A DNA stretch of 64,000 nt. Source: an uncultured Bacteroidales bacterium (lineage in GTDB: Bacteria > Bacillota_I > Bacilli_A > ML615J-28 > CAG-698). Under the pieces are notes generated by a model. The model worked only from the letters and a program-made list of their open reading frames with translations, was not told the DNA's origin and did not search any database. Below are positions 26,723-37,956 of this stretch, piece by piece; positions within the stretch are counted from its first letter, which is position 1, and every line of letters begins with the position of its first letter. Position numbers and translations under genes: made by a program. Where the stretch lies: contig CAYPLR010000001.1 of NCBI GenBank assembly GCA_964411675.1, forward strand, positions 14,559 through 78,558, written 5' to 3'.

Positions 26723-29143
26723 ATGACAGAGTACATGAGAAATTTATCAATTAAGGATTCAATAGAAGAAGCGCTAACTATGCTTTTCGGAGTCCAAGCA
26801 GCTGATGCAAGCCTTGATCAATTATATAAGGCATCAGCTACTGTTGTTAATAACATTTTACGTCGCAAACGTAAGGTTTTTAATGGCAAAGTAAAGGAAA
26901 CGAAGGGAAAAAGAGTTTACTATCTATCAATGGAATTCTTAATGGGTAGGTCGTTAAAAAATAATATATACAATCTGGGTTTGATAGAAGAATTTAAAGA
27001 AGCCATGAAGAGTTATGGTTATACTTTAGATGATCTATATGAAAGAGAACCAGATGCAGGACTAGGAAATGGTGGCTTAGGACGACTTGGTGCTTGTTAT
27101 TTAGATGCTCTTGCTAGTCAAGATTATCCTGCAATGGGATTTTCTTTACGTTATGAATATGGATTATTCAAACAAAAAATAGTTGACGGTTGGCAAACAG
27201 AATTGCCTGATGTATGGTTACCAGGTGGTGAAGTTTGGTTATTGATGCGCGAAGATAAGATTCTTACCGTAAAATTTAATGGAAATGTTGAAGAAAAAAA
27301 TATCGCAGGTAAGATAGTTTATGATTATAAGAACTACCAAGAGGTAGAAGCAGTCCCTTATGATATGATGGTTTCTGGAGCAAACAGCAATGCAATTAGC
27401 GTGCTTCGATTATGGAGAAGTCGAAATATTCGTAATTTTGATTTGAATTCATTCACACAAGGGGATTATTTACAAGCCATGCGCGATTACAATGATGCGG
27501 ATTTGATTACAAAAATCCTATATCCATCGGATGATCACTATGAAGGAAAAGCATTGAGAATTAAACAGCAATACTTTTTGGTGAGTGCTTCTATTCAAAA
27601 TATTATTAAAGACCACATTCGTTATTATGGAGATGTACGTAGCTTACCAAAATATGTTGCGATTCATATCAATGATACGCATCCAGCTCTATGTATTCCA
27701 GAGTTAATGAGAATTTTAATGGATGAATACGATGTTTCTTTTGATGATGCTTGGGATATTGTAAAGAAGACAGTTGCTTATACCAACCATACAGTACTTG
27801 CAGAAGCCTTAGAAAAGTGGTCAGAAGAATTAATTCAAAAGATAATCCCGCGAATATATATTATTATTAAACAAATCAATAAACGGTTTATTGATGAAGT
27901 CAAATGTGAAGGCGTAGATGAAAGCTGTTATAAAGAATTAGCTATTCTTTGGGATAACCAAGTTCGGATGGCTAATTTAAGTGTCATTGCTTCTCATACT
28001 GTCAATGGTGTTTCTGCTTTGCATAGTGAGATTATTAAAAACAGTATTTTTAATGGTTTCTATCGTTTAACACCAGAAAAATTTACCAATGTAACAAACG
28101 GAATTGCTTATCGTCGTTGGTTATGCCAATCAAATCCTAATCTAGTGGAATTACTAGATGAAAAGATAGGTTTCGATTATCATAAAGACGCTCAAAAACT
28201 AGTTGATTTATTGAAGTATTATGATGATGAGGAAGTCTTAAATCGTTTAGAGAAAATAAAATATCAAAACAAATGTGAATTCGCAAAATACTTATATAAG
28301 AAAACAGGAATCACTGTAGATCCAAAAACGAGATTTGATGTCCAAGTAAAGAGATTACATGAGTACAAGCGTCAATTATTAAATGCATTGAAGATTATCG
28401 CGTTGTTCATTGACCTAGAAGATAATCCTAATTTAGAAATGACCCCACAAACCTTTATCTTTGGAGCAAAAGCAGCCCCAACCTATTATGTTGCGAAGGA
28501 CATTATCAAGTTGATTTGCTGTATTTCTAGCGAAATAGCTAAACGCCCAGCAATGCAAGAGAAACTAAATGTTGTTTTTGTTGAAGATTATAATGTTACG
28601 ACAGCTGAAATCTTAATCCCAGCTAGTGAAGTAAGTGAACAAATCTCATTAGCAGGTAAAGAAGCAAGTGGTACTGGTAATATGAAATTTATGATTAATG
28701 GAGCATTAACTTTTGGTACTCTTGATGGGGCTAATGTTGAGATTACAGAATCAGTAGGGGAAGAAAATATCTTCTTGTTTGGTATGAAAACGGAAGAAGT
28801 GAAGGAATTGTGGTCAAAGAGTTATAATGCAAAGAACCTTTACGATTCAAATCAACGATTAAGACGAGTATTAGATCGTTTGGATTTAGGCTTTAATAAT
28901 CAATCCTTCTCGAATATAAAGGGATATTTATTAAGTAATTATCCAATTGCAGATCCATATATGTGCTTAGCTGATTTTGATGATTATATGAGAGTTCATT
29001 ATTTAATGGATGAAACATATAAAGATCGTAAAAAGTGGAATAAAATGTCATTGGTTAACATTGCAAAAGCAGGAATATTCTCAGCCGATAGAAGTATTCG
29101 AGAATATGCTGAAAGAATTTGGAACATTAAAGTGATTAAATAA
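26723..29143 (+). CDS. glgP: glycogen/maltodextrin phosphorylase (GT35)
   Basis: 806 aa with the PLP-binding region EASGTGNMKFMINGALTFGTLDGANVE. Confidence 0.92.
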   Translation: MTEYMRNLSIKDSIEEALTMLFGVQAADASLDQLYKASATVVNNILRRKRKVFNGKVKETKGKRVYYLSMEFLMGRSLKNNIYNLGLIEEFKEAMKSYGYTLDDLYEREPDAGLGNGGLGRLGACYLDALASQDYPAMGFSLRYEYGLFKQKIVDGWQTELPDVWLPGGEVWLLMREDKILTVKFNGNVEEKNIAGKIVYDYKNYQEVEAVPYDMMVSGANSNAISVLRLWRSRNIRNFDLNSFTQGDYLQAMRDYNDADLITKILYPSDDHYEGKALRIKQQYFLVSASIQNIIKDHIRYYGDVRSLPKYVAIHINDTHPALCIPELMRILMDEYDVSFDDAWDIVKKTVAYTNHTVLAEALEKWSEELIQKIIPRIYIIIKQINKRFIDEVKCEGVDESCYKELAILWDNQVRMANLSVIASHTVNGVSALHSEIIKNSIFNGFYRLTPEKFTNVTNGIAYRRWLCQSNPNLVELLDEKIGFDYHKDAQKLVDLLKYYDDEEVLNRLEKIKYQNKCEFAKYLYKKTGITVDPKTRFDVQVKRLHEYKRQLLNALKIIALFIDLEDNPNLEMTPQTFIFGAKAAPTYYVAKDIIKLICCISSEIAKRPAMQEKLNVVFVEDYNVTTAEILIPASEVSEQISLAGKEASGTGNMKFMINGALTFGTLDGANVEITESVGEENIFLFGMKTEEVKELWSKSYNAKNLYDSNQRLRRVLDRLDLGFNNQSFSNIKGYLLSNYPIADPYMCLADFDDYMRVHYLMDETYKDRKKWNKMSLVNIAKAGIFSADRSIREYAERIWNIKVIK

Positions 29144-29144
29144 T

Positions 29145-30983
29145 ATGAATGAAATTAGATTTAATCCAATTAATAAATACCATAAAAATCCAGTTGGAGC
29201 AGTAAAAAATAGTGATGTGATTAGCATCACTATTAATATTACTAAAAACTATGGAATTAGTGATTTATTAATTTTTATTCATAAAGATTTTTCTGATGAT
29301 TACAAGGTCTATAACCTAAATAAAATAGATGAACAAGATGATTACAACATCTACCAAACTAACTTTAAAATAGATGAGGTGGGAATCTATTGGTATCATT
29401 TTGAATTTTATGATTGTTATGGGAAACATTTTATTTCAGCAAGCGATAGCCTTGATGCGATTCAAACAGATGACCAACCAAAATGTTGGCAATTAAGTGT
29501 CCACGGATCATTTTTAGGAAAATTAAATTGGTTTAAAGGTAAAATTATTTATCAAATTTTCCCTGATCGCTTTTATAAAGGTGGCACGAATCCACCAAAG
29601 GATTATGCAATTATGCATCAAGATTGGTATGAAAATCCAAATCATACCTCTCAAGATGGTGTGATTTTAAATAATGATTTTTTTGGTGGTGATTTAAAAG
29701 GAATTACCCAGAAACTAGATTTTTTAAAGAGTTTACATGTGGGAATGATTTACTTGAATCCAATTTTTACTGCTTATTCTAATCATAAATACGATACGGG
29801 TGATTATCTTGAAATCGATTCTATGTTTGGAAGTGAAGCTGATTTTATTGAACTATGTAGAACAGCGGAAGCAAAGGGAATAAAAATCATTCTGGATGGA
29901 GTCTTTAATCATACAGGTAGAGATAGTGTTTATTTCAATAAATACAATACCTTTCCTAGTGTAGGAGCTTTTCAATCAAAAAAATCACCCTATTATCATT
30001 GGTATAAATTTAAGTCGTTTCCGAATTCGTATGAATGTTGGTGGAATTTTAAAAATCTTCCTACCTTGAATCAAAAGAATCCTGAAGTTATTGAATTTAT
30101 CACAGGTAAAGATGGAGTTTTAAATAAATGGCTTAATTTGGGTGCAAGTGGTTGGCGATTTGATGTCATTGATGAATTAGATGATGAGTTCATTAAGAAA
30201 ATCAAGGAAACAGTGAAAACCAATAATCCAGAAAATATTATGATTGGAGAAGTATGGGAAGATGCTTCTAATAAGATAGCATATAATAAACGCAGATCCT
30301 ATTTTTCTGGAGAACAAATTGACTCAGTCATGAACTATCCTTTTAGAACAGCAATTATTGATTATATTATGAATAATAATTATATAGGTTTACGTGATAA
30401 AATTCGCACCATTATCAATAATTATCCAAAGCATGTTCTCGATAGTCTCATGAATATTCTATCAACACACGATACCGTGAGATTACTAACACAACTATCA
30501 TCCATTGACTATCATTACCTAAGCAAAGAGGAACAAGCTAACTATGTGATGTCGAAAGAAGAATATTATAGTGCTCGCCAAAAATTAAAAATGGCTACAG
30601 TACTCCAATATACACTACCAGGTGTTCCTTCCATATTTTATGGAGATGAAGTAGGCCTACAGGGTTTTAAAGATCCTTTTTGCCGAAAATGTATGCCATG
30701 GGATCGCTTTGATGATATCATTTTTGAATGGTTCACCAAACTAGGAAAGATTAGACAAAATCGTGTTTATATTGATGGTACTTATCAAGAAGAGATTTGT
30801 GAGAATGGTGTTTTTGCTTTTTCAAGAATAAAAGGAAGTCATAAAGTAGTAACCATAGTGAATAATAGTCATTATGATTATCATTATAAACTTGAGAAAG
30901 GCTTTGATTTAATTAATGAAATGAAAATAGAGGATCAAATAACTATCGATCCGAAAACAGCCTTGATTATATTAATAAGTTAG
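29145..30983 (+). CDS. GH13 alpha-glucan hydrolase (neopullulanase/amylopullulanase-like, intracellular) at the end of the glg operon
   Basis: 612 aa with no signal peptide. GH13 regions I-IV: DGVFNH, GWRFDVIDEL, GEVWED and LSTHDTVR. Confidence 0.8.
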   Translation: MNEIRFNPINKYHKNPVGAVKNSDVISITINITKNYGISDLLIFIHKDFSDDYKVYNLNKIDEQDDYNIYQTNFKIDEVGIYWYHFEFYDCYGKHFISASDSLDAIQTDDQPKCWQLSVHGSFLGKLNWFKGKIIYQIFPDRFYKGGTNPPKDYAIMHQDWYENPNHTSQDGVILNNDFFGGDLKGITQKLDFLKSLHVGMIYLNPIFTAYSNHKYDTGDYLEIDSMFGSEADFIELCRTAEAKGIKIILDGVFNHTGRDSVYFNKYNTFPSVGAFQSKKSPYYHWYKFKSFPNSYECWWNFKNLPTLNQKNPEVIEFITGKDGVLNKWLNLGASGWRFDVIDELDDEFIKKIKETVKTNNPENIMIGEVWEDASNKIAYNKRRSYFSGEQIDSVMNYPFRTAIIDYIMNNNYIGLRDKIRTIINNYPKHVLDSLMNILSTHDTVRLLTQLSSIDYHYLSKEEQANYVMSKEEYYSARQKLKMATVLQYTLPGVPSIFYGDEVGLQGFKDPFCRKCMPWDRFDDIIFEWFTKLGKIRQNRVYIDGTYQEEICENGVFAFSRIKGSHKVVTIVNNSHYDYHYKLEKGFDLINEMKIEDQITIDPKTALIILIS

Positions 30984-31015
30984 TGATTAAATATTTTTAT
31001 TTAATCACTTTTATT
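30983..31015 (+). terminator. rho-independent terminator after the glg operon
   Basis: 10-bp stem gtgattaaat/atttaatcac followed by ttttatt. Confidence 0.75.
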
Positions 31016-31108
31016 ATTATAGTTTTTAGATTTAAAAATCGACAAAAAAATTGTAATTTGTAGGGTATTGTGATATGCTATATAAGCAATTATGTTAGGA
31101 GATAAGCT

Positions 31109-32278
31109 ATGTATACTGTGATATTAAAAAAAGGGGAAGAAAAAAGAATTATAGAAGGCCATCCTTGGGTTTATGCCAATGAGGTCCAAAAAATAGAAGG
31201 GCACGATATGCAAGGTAGTATTGCTAAGGTTGTTAGTTATGATCAACGTTTTATCGGTTATGGCTATATTAATCATACTTCTAAAATATTGGTCAGAATT
31301 CTAACTCGGGATGAAACACCAATCGACCGTAATTTTTTCTATCAAAGAATTAAAGATAGTAATGATTATCGCTTATCTTTAGGATATAGCAATAATTACC
31401 GAGTTGTTTTTGGAGAATCGGATTTATTACCAGCATTAATTGTTGATAAATATGGTGATTATTTGGTTGTTCAATTTTTAGCATTGGGAATGGAAGTTCG
31501 TAAAGCTATGATTATTGAAATTCTAATTGAAATTTTCCATCCTTTAGGTATTTATGAGCGTAGTGATGTTAGCGTGAGAGAAAAAGAAGGGCTTCCATTA
31601 ACAAAGGGAAAACTATATGGAGAGTTTAATCCTCAGCATATTGAAATTATTGAAAACGGAATTAGGATACTAATTGATCTGGAGAATGGACAAAAAACCG
31701 GCTATTTTCTTGATCAAAAAGAAAATCGTGATAATTTAAAACATTATGTGAAGAATAAAGAAGTTCTTGATTGTTTTTCAAATATTGGAGGTTTTTCACT
31801 TTGTGCGAGTAAATATCAGGCCAAAAAAATAACAGCAGTCGATATTAGTTCTTTAGCTATCCAGCAATTGCAAGAAAATGCAAAATTAAATGGATTTACT
31901 AATATTGAAACTATTACTGCTGATGTATTTGAACAATTACGTCTATATAAACAGGAAAAAAGAAAATTTGATGTTATTATTCTTGATCCACCAGCATTTA
32001 CGAAAAGTAAAGACACGGTAAAGGCTGGCTATCGTGGATATATGGATATTAATATCGCGGCTTTGAAATGTTTAAATAAGGGGGGGTATTTAATTACCTG
32101 CAGTTGCTCTCAACACTTAACATTAAATTTGTTCCTAGAAATGATAAAAGATAGTATTATAGAAGCCAAGGTAACTGCACGTATGGTGGAACTTCGTAGC
32201 CAGGGCAAAGATCATGCAACGTTAATAGGAATTGATGAAGCAATGTATTTAAAAGTTGCTATTATCAATGTTATATAA
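31109..32278 (+). CDS. class I SAM-dependent rRNA methyltransferase (RlmI/YwbD-like, PUA plus MTase)
   Basis: 389 aa with an N-terminal PUA-like domain and the MTase motifs VLDCFSNIGGFSL and IILDPPAF. Confidence 0.75.
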   Translation: MYTVILKKGEEKRIIEGHPWVYANEVQKIEGHDMQGSIAKVVSYDQRFIGYGYINHTSKILVRILTRDETPIDRNFFYQRIKDSNDYRLSLGYSNNYRVVFGESDLLPALIVDKYGDYLVVQFLALGMEVRKAMIIEILIEIFHPLGIYERSDVSVREKEGLPLTKGKLYGEFNPQHIEIIENGIRILIDLENGQKTGYFLDQKENRDNLKHYVKNKEVLDCFSNIGGFSLCASKYQAKKITAVDISSLAIQQLQENAKLNGFTNIETITADVFEQLRLYKQEKRKFDVIILDPPAFTKSKDTVKAGYRGYMDINIAALKCLNKGGYLITCSCSQHLTLNLFLEMIKDSIIEAKVTARMVELRSQGKDHATLIGIDEAMYLKVAIINVI

Positions 32279-32285
32279 AAGTAAA

Positions 32286-32314
32286 ATAAAAACAGCTATA
32301 TAGCTGTTTTTTAT
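32286..32314. terminator. bidirectional terminator between convergent rlmI-like and mscS genes
   Basis: Perfect palindrome aaaacagctata/tatagctgtttt with A-runs and T-runs on both sides. Confidence 0.8.
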
Positions 32315-33270
32315 TTGGATTCATTTTTTTCCTCTTTAGGAGTATGAACTACTAATTGTGGGAAAGGAATTTCAATAGCGTTATTATCAAATAATACTTT
32401 CATAAAACGATTCATATCACGAACAACCTGGTATTTATTATTCTCCAGTGTCTTTGCATAGATTCGAATTATAACAGAAGAATTTGCTAATGATTGGACA
32501 CCTTTGTAATATGGCCCTTCAGCTATTGCTGGAATTTCATCCTTCATTTTTTGTAGATTAGATTCAATAATCTTCTCAATCTTTTCTAAATCAGCTGAAT
32601 AGCTGATAGAAATATCACAAATTGCAGGAGATAAACAACTAGAAGTATTAATTGCACCTCTTACATCAGAATTGTTTATTGTTTTTATATCGCCATTGAT
32701 ATCTTCTATTTTAGTAACACGAATACCAATTTCAATGACAGTTCCACGAAAATCACCGACTTGGATTACGTCACCAACCACATATTGCTTTTCAAAAATA
32801 ATAAATAACCCAGCAAAAATATCTTCTATTAAACTTTGAGCACCAAAGCTGACTGCTAATCCCAAAATACCGGCACTTGCAAGAAGAGTGGGTGTTTGAA
32901 CTCCCCAAGCACTCAGAATTAAGAATAAAGTGACAATGACACTACCATAGGCTACTACACTTAATAAAAGTTTTCCTATTGTTTCTCCATGGTTACCTTT
33001 TCTAGTAAGAAGTTTTAAAATTAATTTTAACACTTGATTAATAATCCACATAAAAACAATAATGGCAATACTTTCCAATATGTTAATGTAGTTATCGGAG
33101 AAAAATTTTACAATATTGAAGAATTTACCGATACTATTAGAAATTACAGTATCAAATGTTGTCCCTTTAAAGATAATGGGTGTTAAGACTCCTAGTAAAA
33201 CAAAGACAAAAATTAAACCAGCAATGACAAAAAACCTTACTTTTTCTTTTTTATTTTTAAACTTTAACAT
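32311..33270 (-). CDS. small-conductance mechanosensitive channel (MscS family)
   Basis: 319 aa with N-terminal TM helices and the conserved MscS beta-domain (VGDVIQVGDFRGTVIEIGIRVTKI). Confidence 0.85.
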   Translation of the reverse strand: MLKFKNKKEKVRFFVIAGLIFVFVLLGVLTPIIFKGTTFDTVISNSIGKFFNIVKFFSDNYINILESIAIIVFMWIINQVLKLILKLLTRKGNHGETIGKLLLSVVAYGSVIVTLFLILSAWGVQTPTLLASAGILGLAVSFGAQSLIEDIFAGLFIIFEKQYVVGDVIQVGDFRGTVIEIGIRVTKIEDINGDIKTINNSDVRGAINTSSCLSPAICDISISYSADLEKIEKIIESNLQKMKDEIPAIAEGPYYKGVQSLANSSVIIRIYAKTLENNKYQVVRDMNRFMKVLFDNNAIEIPFPQLVVHTPKEEKNESK

Positions 33271-33288
33271 ATATTCTCCTTTCGTTTG

Positions 33289-34665
33289 CTAATACACGAT
33301 TTCTTTTATGAAACACCACTCATAAATAAGTGATGGATGAATTGTTTTTGTAGCATATATAACAATTTTATATTGATATCCTGATTCAATATTTTCTGAT
33401 AAGTATCCTTGATATGTATCATTTTCTAATGGATTCATTTCTATAGTACCTGAAGATAGGTAAGTTTCTACATCATCAACTACTTTTATTACATAATAAG
33501 TAAAATTACTAAATACCATATTAGGATCTTGCAAATTAATCTCTAAGTTAATAGTGTTTTCTATTTTTGAAGATTCAAAATTTATCTTATAAGAGGGGGT
33601 AGTAGAAGTATCAAAGAAAATAAGTTCTTGGTATTCTTCTTTCCCTGTTGTGAGATTTGGATATTGTGCGATTAATTGTAGATGATAATTTGACAGAGTT
33701 GATAAATTACTGAATTTTATAAGAGACTCACTTTCAAGATATTCATGGTTGCTTGATTGTGAAAAATCACTAATAGTAAAGATTTTCTGTTCAATCACCT
33801 CTCCATTTTTAATTAGATTTACAAAATAAACAATATCTTGTCGCTGATAATAATCAGGATAAAAACTAATCAATAGGTAATTAGGACCCACATCACTAAC
33901 ATATAGAGAAGAGTATAATTTCAAAGGAGTATCAAAATACGTCTGATCTAAAATAACTACTTCTGATGTGATAAGAGTTGCTTCAAAAATTAAATATACA
34001 CGAACATTTCCATTAGGAATATCGGATAGTAACGTTGTCTCTTGCTGTTCAGTGATAGTTACTTCTTGATACTCATCGCTACTAGGAATATATAATTCGT
34101 CCGTTAACATATCTTGGTAGATATAAGCATACTTCAATACTACACTTCTTATTTCTCCTTTTAAATCATTATAACTTGTATAGACATTGTATTGAAGTGT
34201 TTCATTCATATCAGAAGTATTGGAAGTGATATTTTGCCATTTGGTAATTTTACCACCATAATTTGCAAGAGTAGTTACCTTACTAGATGCTAAGACTCCT
34301 TTTCCATAACCATAGTCAGCGTAAATAGCAATTTCATAAGTAGTATTAGATTTTAAACTACCGAAGCTTCCTGATTGATTTCCTATCTCCAATAAGGATT
34401 CATGATACTCCGTAGCATTTGATGCAACAATAGCGAGGCTTCCACAAATAATTTTATAGTCTTCATCAATTACTTCGACTTCATAATAGATATCGTTTCC
34501 AAAAGCCTCTGCTTTAATAATCTTAGCTTTTGGAATTTTAGCGATAATGGTTATAGCAACAACGGCAATAACAATAGTAATTGCGAAAGAAGACATTAGT
34601 TTTTGAACAAGAAGTCTTTTTTCTTTATCCCAAAATTTCTTTTTTCTTTCATGATAGGAGTCCAT
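33289..34665 (-). CDS. hypothetical type-II membrane-anchored protein with repeated beta-rich extracellular domains
   Basis: 458 aa with one N-terminal TM helix (FAITIVIAVVAITIIA). The remainder is Tyr/Asn/Ser-rich with repeated YEV/YEIAIYA-like beta motifs and no recognised domain. Confidence 0.55.
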   Translation of the reverse strand: MDSYHERKKKFWDKEKRLLVQKLMSSFAITIVIAVVAITIIAKIPKAKIIKAEAFGNDIYYEVEVIDEDYKIICGSLAIVASNATEYHESLLEIGNQSGSFGSLKSNTTYEIAIYADYGYGKGVLASSKVTTLANYGGKITKWQNITSNTSDMNETLQYNVYTSYNDLKGEIRSVVLKYAYIYQDMLTDELYIPSSDEYQEVTITEQQETTLLSDIPNGNVRVYLIFEATLITSEVVILDQTYFDTPLKLYSSLYVSDVGPNYLLISFYPDYYQRQDIVYFVNLIKNGEVIEQKIFTISDFSQSSNHEYLESESLIKFSNLSTLSNYHLQLIAQYPNLTTGKEEYQELIFFDTSTTPSYKINFESSKIENTINLEINLQDPNMVFSNFTYYVIKVVDDVETYLSSGTIEMNPLENDTYQGYLSENIESGYQYKIVIYATKTIHPSLIYEWCFIKEIVY

Positions 34666-34952
34666 AACACATACCTCTTTTTTATCATAGCACTACTTTT
34701 ATTATATGTCAATTTGTGTTTAACAATTATTTCCGCTTTTAAATTGAAATGTCATAGTTATTATAAGAAAAAAACAGGAAATATATTTTTCTACTAACAC
34801 AAAAATAACCTGATAAAATAGTATGAAAATTTACTTTCTATATCTTTTTTTATACGAATTATAGTAAAATCATGAAATCCTTTAATAAAAAAGTTTTGTC
34901 TTGCAAATAAATCAAAAAAGGAGTAAAATACTAAATCGGTGGTAATTAAAAT

Positions 34953-36311
34953 ATGAGTAAAGAGTTTACAAGAAAAGTTATAACGATAGGGTTACCTATT
35001 CTACTAAGTCACTTATTAATTACATCTTTTGGTATTGCGGATACTATTATGGTGAAGTATATTCCCCGAGGAATTTCTGGAGTAGGATTAGCGAGCCAAA
35101 TTAGCAATATCAGTGGAACAGTGATGTTTGCTTTCTCAGTTGGAGTAGGGATGTTTATTGCTCAATTTTTTGGTGACAAAAAGGAAAAGAGCATTCGTAA
35201 AACATTTGCCCTATTATTAATCTTAGCATTTATATTAGGTGCTTTTTTTACAATCCTTGGTCTTTTCTTTCCAAAACAGGTATTACAACTATTTACTGAT
35301 GATCCTATTGTATTAGATATAGGGATTCGATATACCAAAATAGTGGCTCTATCTTACATTCCTAATTTGTTATCCGCTGCATTTTCTACTGCTTATCGAA
35401 ACATTCAAGATACAAAAATGAATTTTATCATTCAAACAGTCTCAGCAGTCATCAATGTATTATTTAACTGGTTACTGATTTATGGGGTTTGGATCTTCCC
35501 AAAAATGGGTATTGAAGGAGCAGCCCTTGCAACAGTTATTTCTTGCGTGTTTAATCTAGGCTACAATATTGTTTATGGAATCTATTCTAAACAAATCTTT
35601 ATGTCTAAACCGATTGATTTTATTGAGTGTCTAGATAAGAGGTTTATGAAACAAGTAATGAGAAAATCAATCCCGCTATTAATCAATGAGAGTTTGTTTA
35701 GTATTGGCTCTATGCTTTATATTGTTATTTTCAATAAACTAGGAACAGATTCTTATGAAGGGTATCGAATATCAGAAACAGTTATCGGTGTATTATTTGC
35801 TGTTTCTTATGGCTTAAGTGCTGCTGTTTCTTCGATGACAGGAGCCTGTCTTGGGGCAAATGATTATGAAAAAGCAAAGGAATACGGAAATAATTTTGTT
35901 AAGTTAGGTGCCTATTGCTCAGTCATTATGGGAATCATAGTTATTCTAACAGCAAAGCCAATGGTTGCCTTATTTAGTAGCAACGAAGTAACAGACGCCA
36001 GTATAAAAATTGCAGTAACACTAATGTATGTATTTGCAGTTAGAATTACACTAAAGATGTTTATTAATGTTTTATTTGCTATTTTTAGAGCCGGCGGTCG
36101 TAGTCGCTTTGTGATGTTCATGGATTGTGGAATCATGTGGATTGTGGGATTACCAATTGCTTTTATTGGTTACCGATTCCTTGGAATCACAAATATTGCA
36201 ATTTTATTCCTTGTGATGCAAATAGAATCTGTGATTCGAATTGTTGTTGGTTTAAAAGAGTATTTTACCTATAGTTGGGAGAAAAATATTATTCGCCAGC
36301 TTGGGGAATAA
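34953..36311 (+). CDS. MATE family efflux transporter
   Basis: 452 aa with 12 TM helices and a MATE-like N-terminus (ITIGLPILLSHLL...). Confidence 0.85.
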   Translation: MSKEFTRKVITIGLPILLSHLLITSFGIADTIMVKYIPRGISGVGLASQISNISGTVMFAFSVGVGMFIAQFFGDKKEKSIRKTFALLLILAFILGAFFTILGLFFPKQVLQLFTDDPIVLDIGIRYTKIVALSYIPNLLSAAFSTAYRNIQDTKMNFIIQTVSAVINVLFNWLLIYGVWIFPKMGIEGAALATVISCVFNLGYNIVYGIYSKQIFMSKPIDFIECLDKRFMKQVMRKSIPLLINESLFSIGSMLYIVIFNKLGTDSYEGYRISETVIGVLFAVSYGLSAAVSSMTGACLGANDYEKAKEYGNNFVKLGAYCSVIMGIIVILTAKPMVALFSSNEVTDASIKIAVTLMYVFAVRITLKMFINVLFAIFRAGGRSRFVMFMDCGIMWIVGLPIAFIGYRFLGITNIAILFLVMQIESVIRIVVGLKEYFTYSWEKNIIRQLGE

Positions 36312-36326
36312 AGAAATATAAAAAAG

Positions 36327-36358
36327 CAAATCCTTACATGAAAAGGGATTTGTTTTTT
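36327..36358 (+). terminator. rho-independent terminator after the MATE gene
   Basis: Stem caaatcc/ggatttg with a 12-nt loop, followed by tttttt. Confidence 0.65.
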
Positions 36359-36443
36359 CATTAAATCCACCATTTTTATTGAAAATAAAGGCTAAATATG
36401 ATATGATATAAAAGATAAGTGACAAGGGAAAAGGAAGTGGCAT

Positions 36444-37943
36444 ATGAAAAATTATGTTTTAGCAATCGACCAAGGTACCACTAGTACACGAGCAATCATT
36501 TTCAACAAAGCAAGTGAAATTGTTAGTGTTGCGCAGATGGAATTTAGTCAAATATGCCCAAAGAGTGGTTGGGTTGAACATAATCCAGAGGAAATTTGGG
36601 AAACAGTATATGAGGTAATCAAAGAAGCACTATTTAAAAGTGGTTTGCAACTAAAAGATATTTCTGCGATTGGTATAACAAATCAACGGGAAACAACTGT
36701 TTTGTGGGATAAGAAAACAGGGAAACCAGTTTATAATGCGATTGTATGGCAAAGTCGGCAATCACAAAAAATCTGTGAACAGTTAATTGCTGATGGCTAT
36801 GCAGATATGATCAAAGCAAAAACAGGGTTGATTATTAATCCTTACTTTTCTGCGAGCAAAGTCAAATGGATTTTCAACAATGTCCCTGGTGTTTATGAAA
36901 GAGCTCTAAAAGGAGAAATCCTTTTTGGAACCATTGATACGTTTTTAGTTTGGAAATTAACCAATGGAGACCTACATATTACTGATCCATCGAATGCTTC
37001 TAGAACGATGATGTATAATATTAAAACGCTAGAATGGGATCAAGAAATTCTAGATTTATTGAAGATACCAGCTTGTATTCTTCCAGAAGTAAGAAGTAAT
37101 AGTGAAATTTACGGAATTGCAAGCAAATTATGGGAAATAGATGAAAGTGCAGATGTTCCAATTGCGGGAATCATCGGTGATCAACAAGCTGCTTTGTTTG
37201 GCCATTGTTGTTTTAATATTGGATGTTTAAAAAACACCTATGGAACAGGCTGCTTTATGTTAATGAATACCAAACATAAACCTGTTTTTTCTAATAAAGG
37301 ATTATTAACAACCATCGCTTGGAAAATAGGAGATGAAGTTGAATATGCTCTAGAGGGCTCTGTTTTTGTTGGAGGTTCTGTGATCCAATGGTTACGTGAC
37401 AACATGCGCTTATTTGAAAAGTCAAAGGATTGTGAAGCCTATACAGAAAGAGTTTCCAGCAGTGATGGAGTTTATTTTGTCCCTGCTTTTGTTGGCTTAG
37501 GTACTCCATATTGGGATGATGATGTTCGTGGATCTATTTTTGGTCTAACTCGTGCTACAAAGAAGGAACATTTCATTACAGCGGCTGTAGAATCCATTGC
37601 CTACCAGTCAAAAGATTTAATGGAAGTGATGAAGGAAGAAACAGGGATCAAGATTGAAAGTTTAGCGGTTGATGGTGGAGCGAGTGTCAACGATTATTTA
37701 ATGCAATTTCAATCGAACATTCTTAATCTAAAACTAATTAGACCAGCTTGTTTAGAGACAACAGCATTAGGGGTTGCTTACTTAGCTGGCTTAGCGGTTA
37801 AAGTTTGGGTAAATAAAGAAGAAGTAGTGAAATATCACACAGTAGATAAAATATTTTTAAGCAAAATAAATTCTGAAGAGAGAGAAAGATTATACTCAGG
37901 TTGGAAGACAGCGATTAAAGCAACGCGAGAATTCAAAGTATAA
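36444..37943 (+). CDS. glpK: glycerol kinase
   Basis: 499 aa with the N-terminal AIDQGTTSTRAIIFN, the FGGY-family signature and GDQQAALFG. Confidence 0.95.
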   Translation: MKNYVLAIDQGTTSTRAIIFNKASEIVSVAQMEFSQICPKSGWVEHNPEEIWETVYEVIKEALFKSGLQLKDISAIGITNQRETTVLWDKKTGKPVYNAIVWQSRQSQKICEQLIADGYADMIKAKTGLIINPYFSASKVKWIFNNVPGVYERALKGEILFGTIDTFLVWKLTNGDLHITDPSNASRTMMYNIKTLEWDQEILDLLKIPACILPEVRSNSEIYGIASKLWEIDESADVPIAGIIGDQQAALFGHCCFNIGCLKNTYGTGCFMLMNTKHKPVFSNKGLLTTIAWKIGDEVEYALEGSVFVGGSVIQWLRDNMRLFEKSKDCEAYTERVSSSDGVYFVPAFVGLGTPYWDDDVRGSIFGLTRATKKEHFITAAVESIAYQSKDLMEVMKEETGIKIESLAVDGGASVNDYLMQFQSNILNLKLIRPACLETTALGVAYLAGLAVKVWVNKEEVVKYHTVDKIFLSKINSEERERLYSGWKTAIKATREFKV

Positions 37944-37956
37944 AGAAGGCAAAACC

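Noticed and set aside
34603-34797. 64-aa ORF on the plus strand overlapping the start of the minus-strand membrane protein.
   Set aside because: It is Phe/Leu/Ile-rich with no RBS, and it overlaps the promoter/5' end of a real gene. It is likely spurious.
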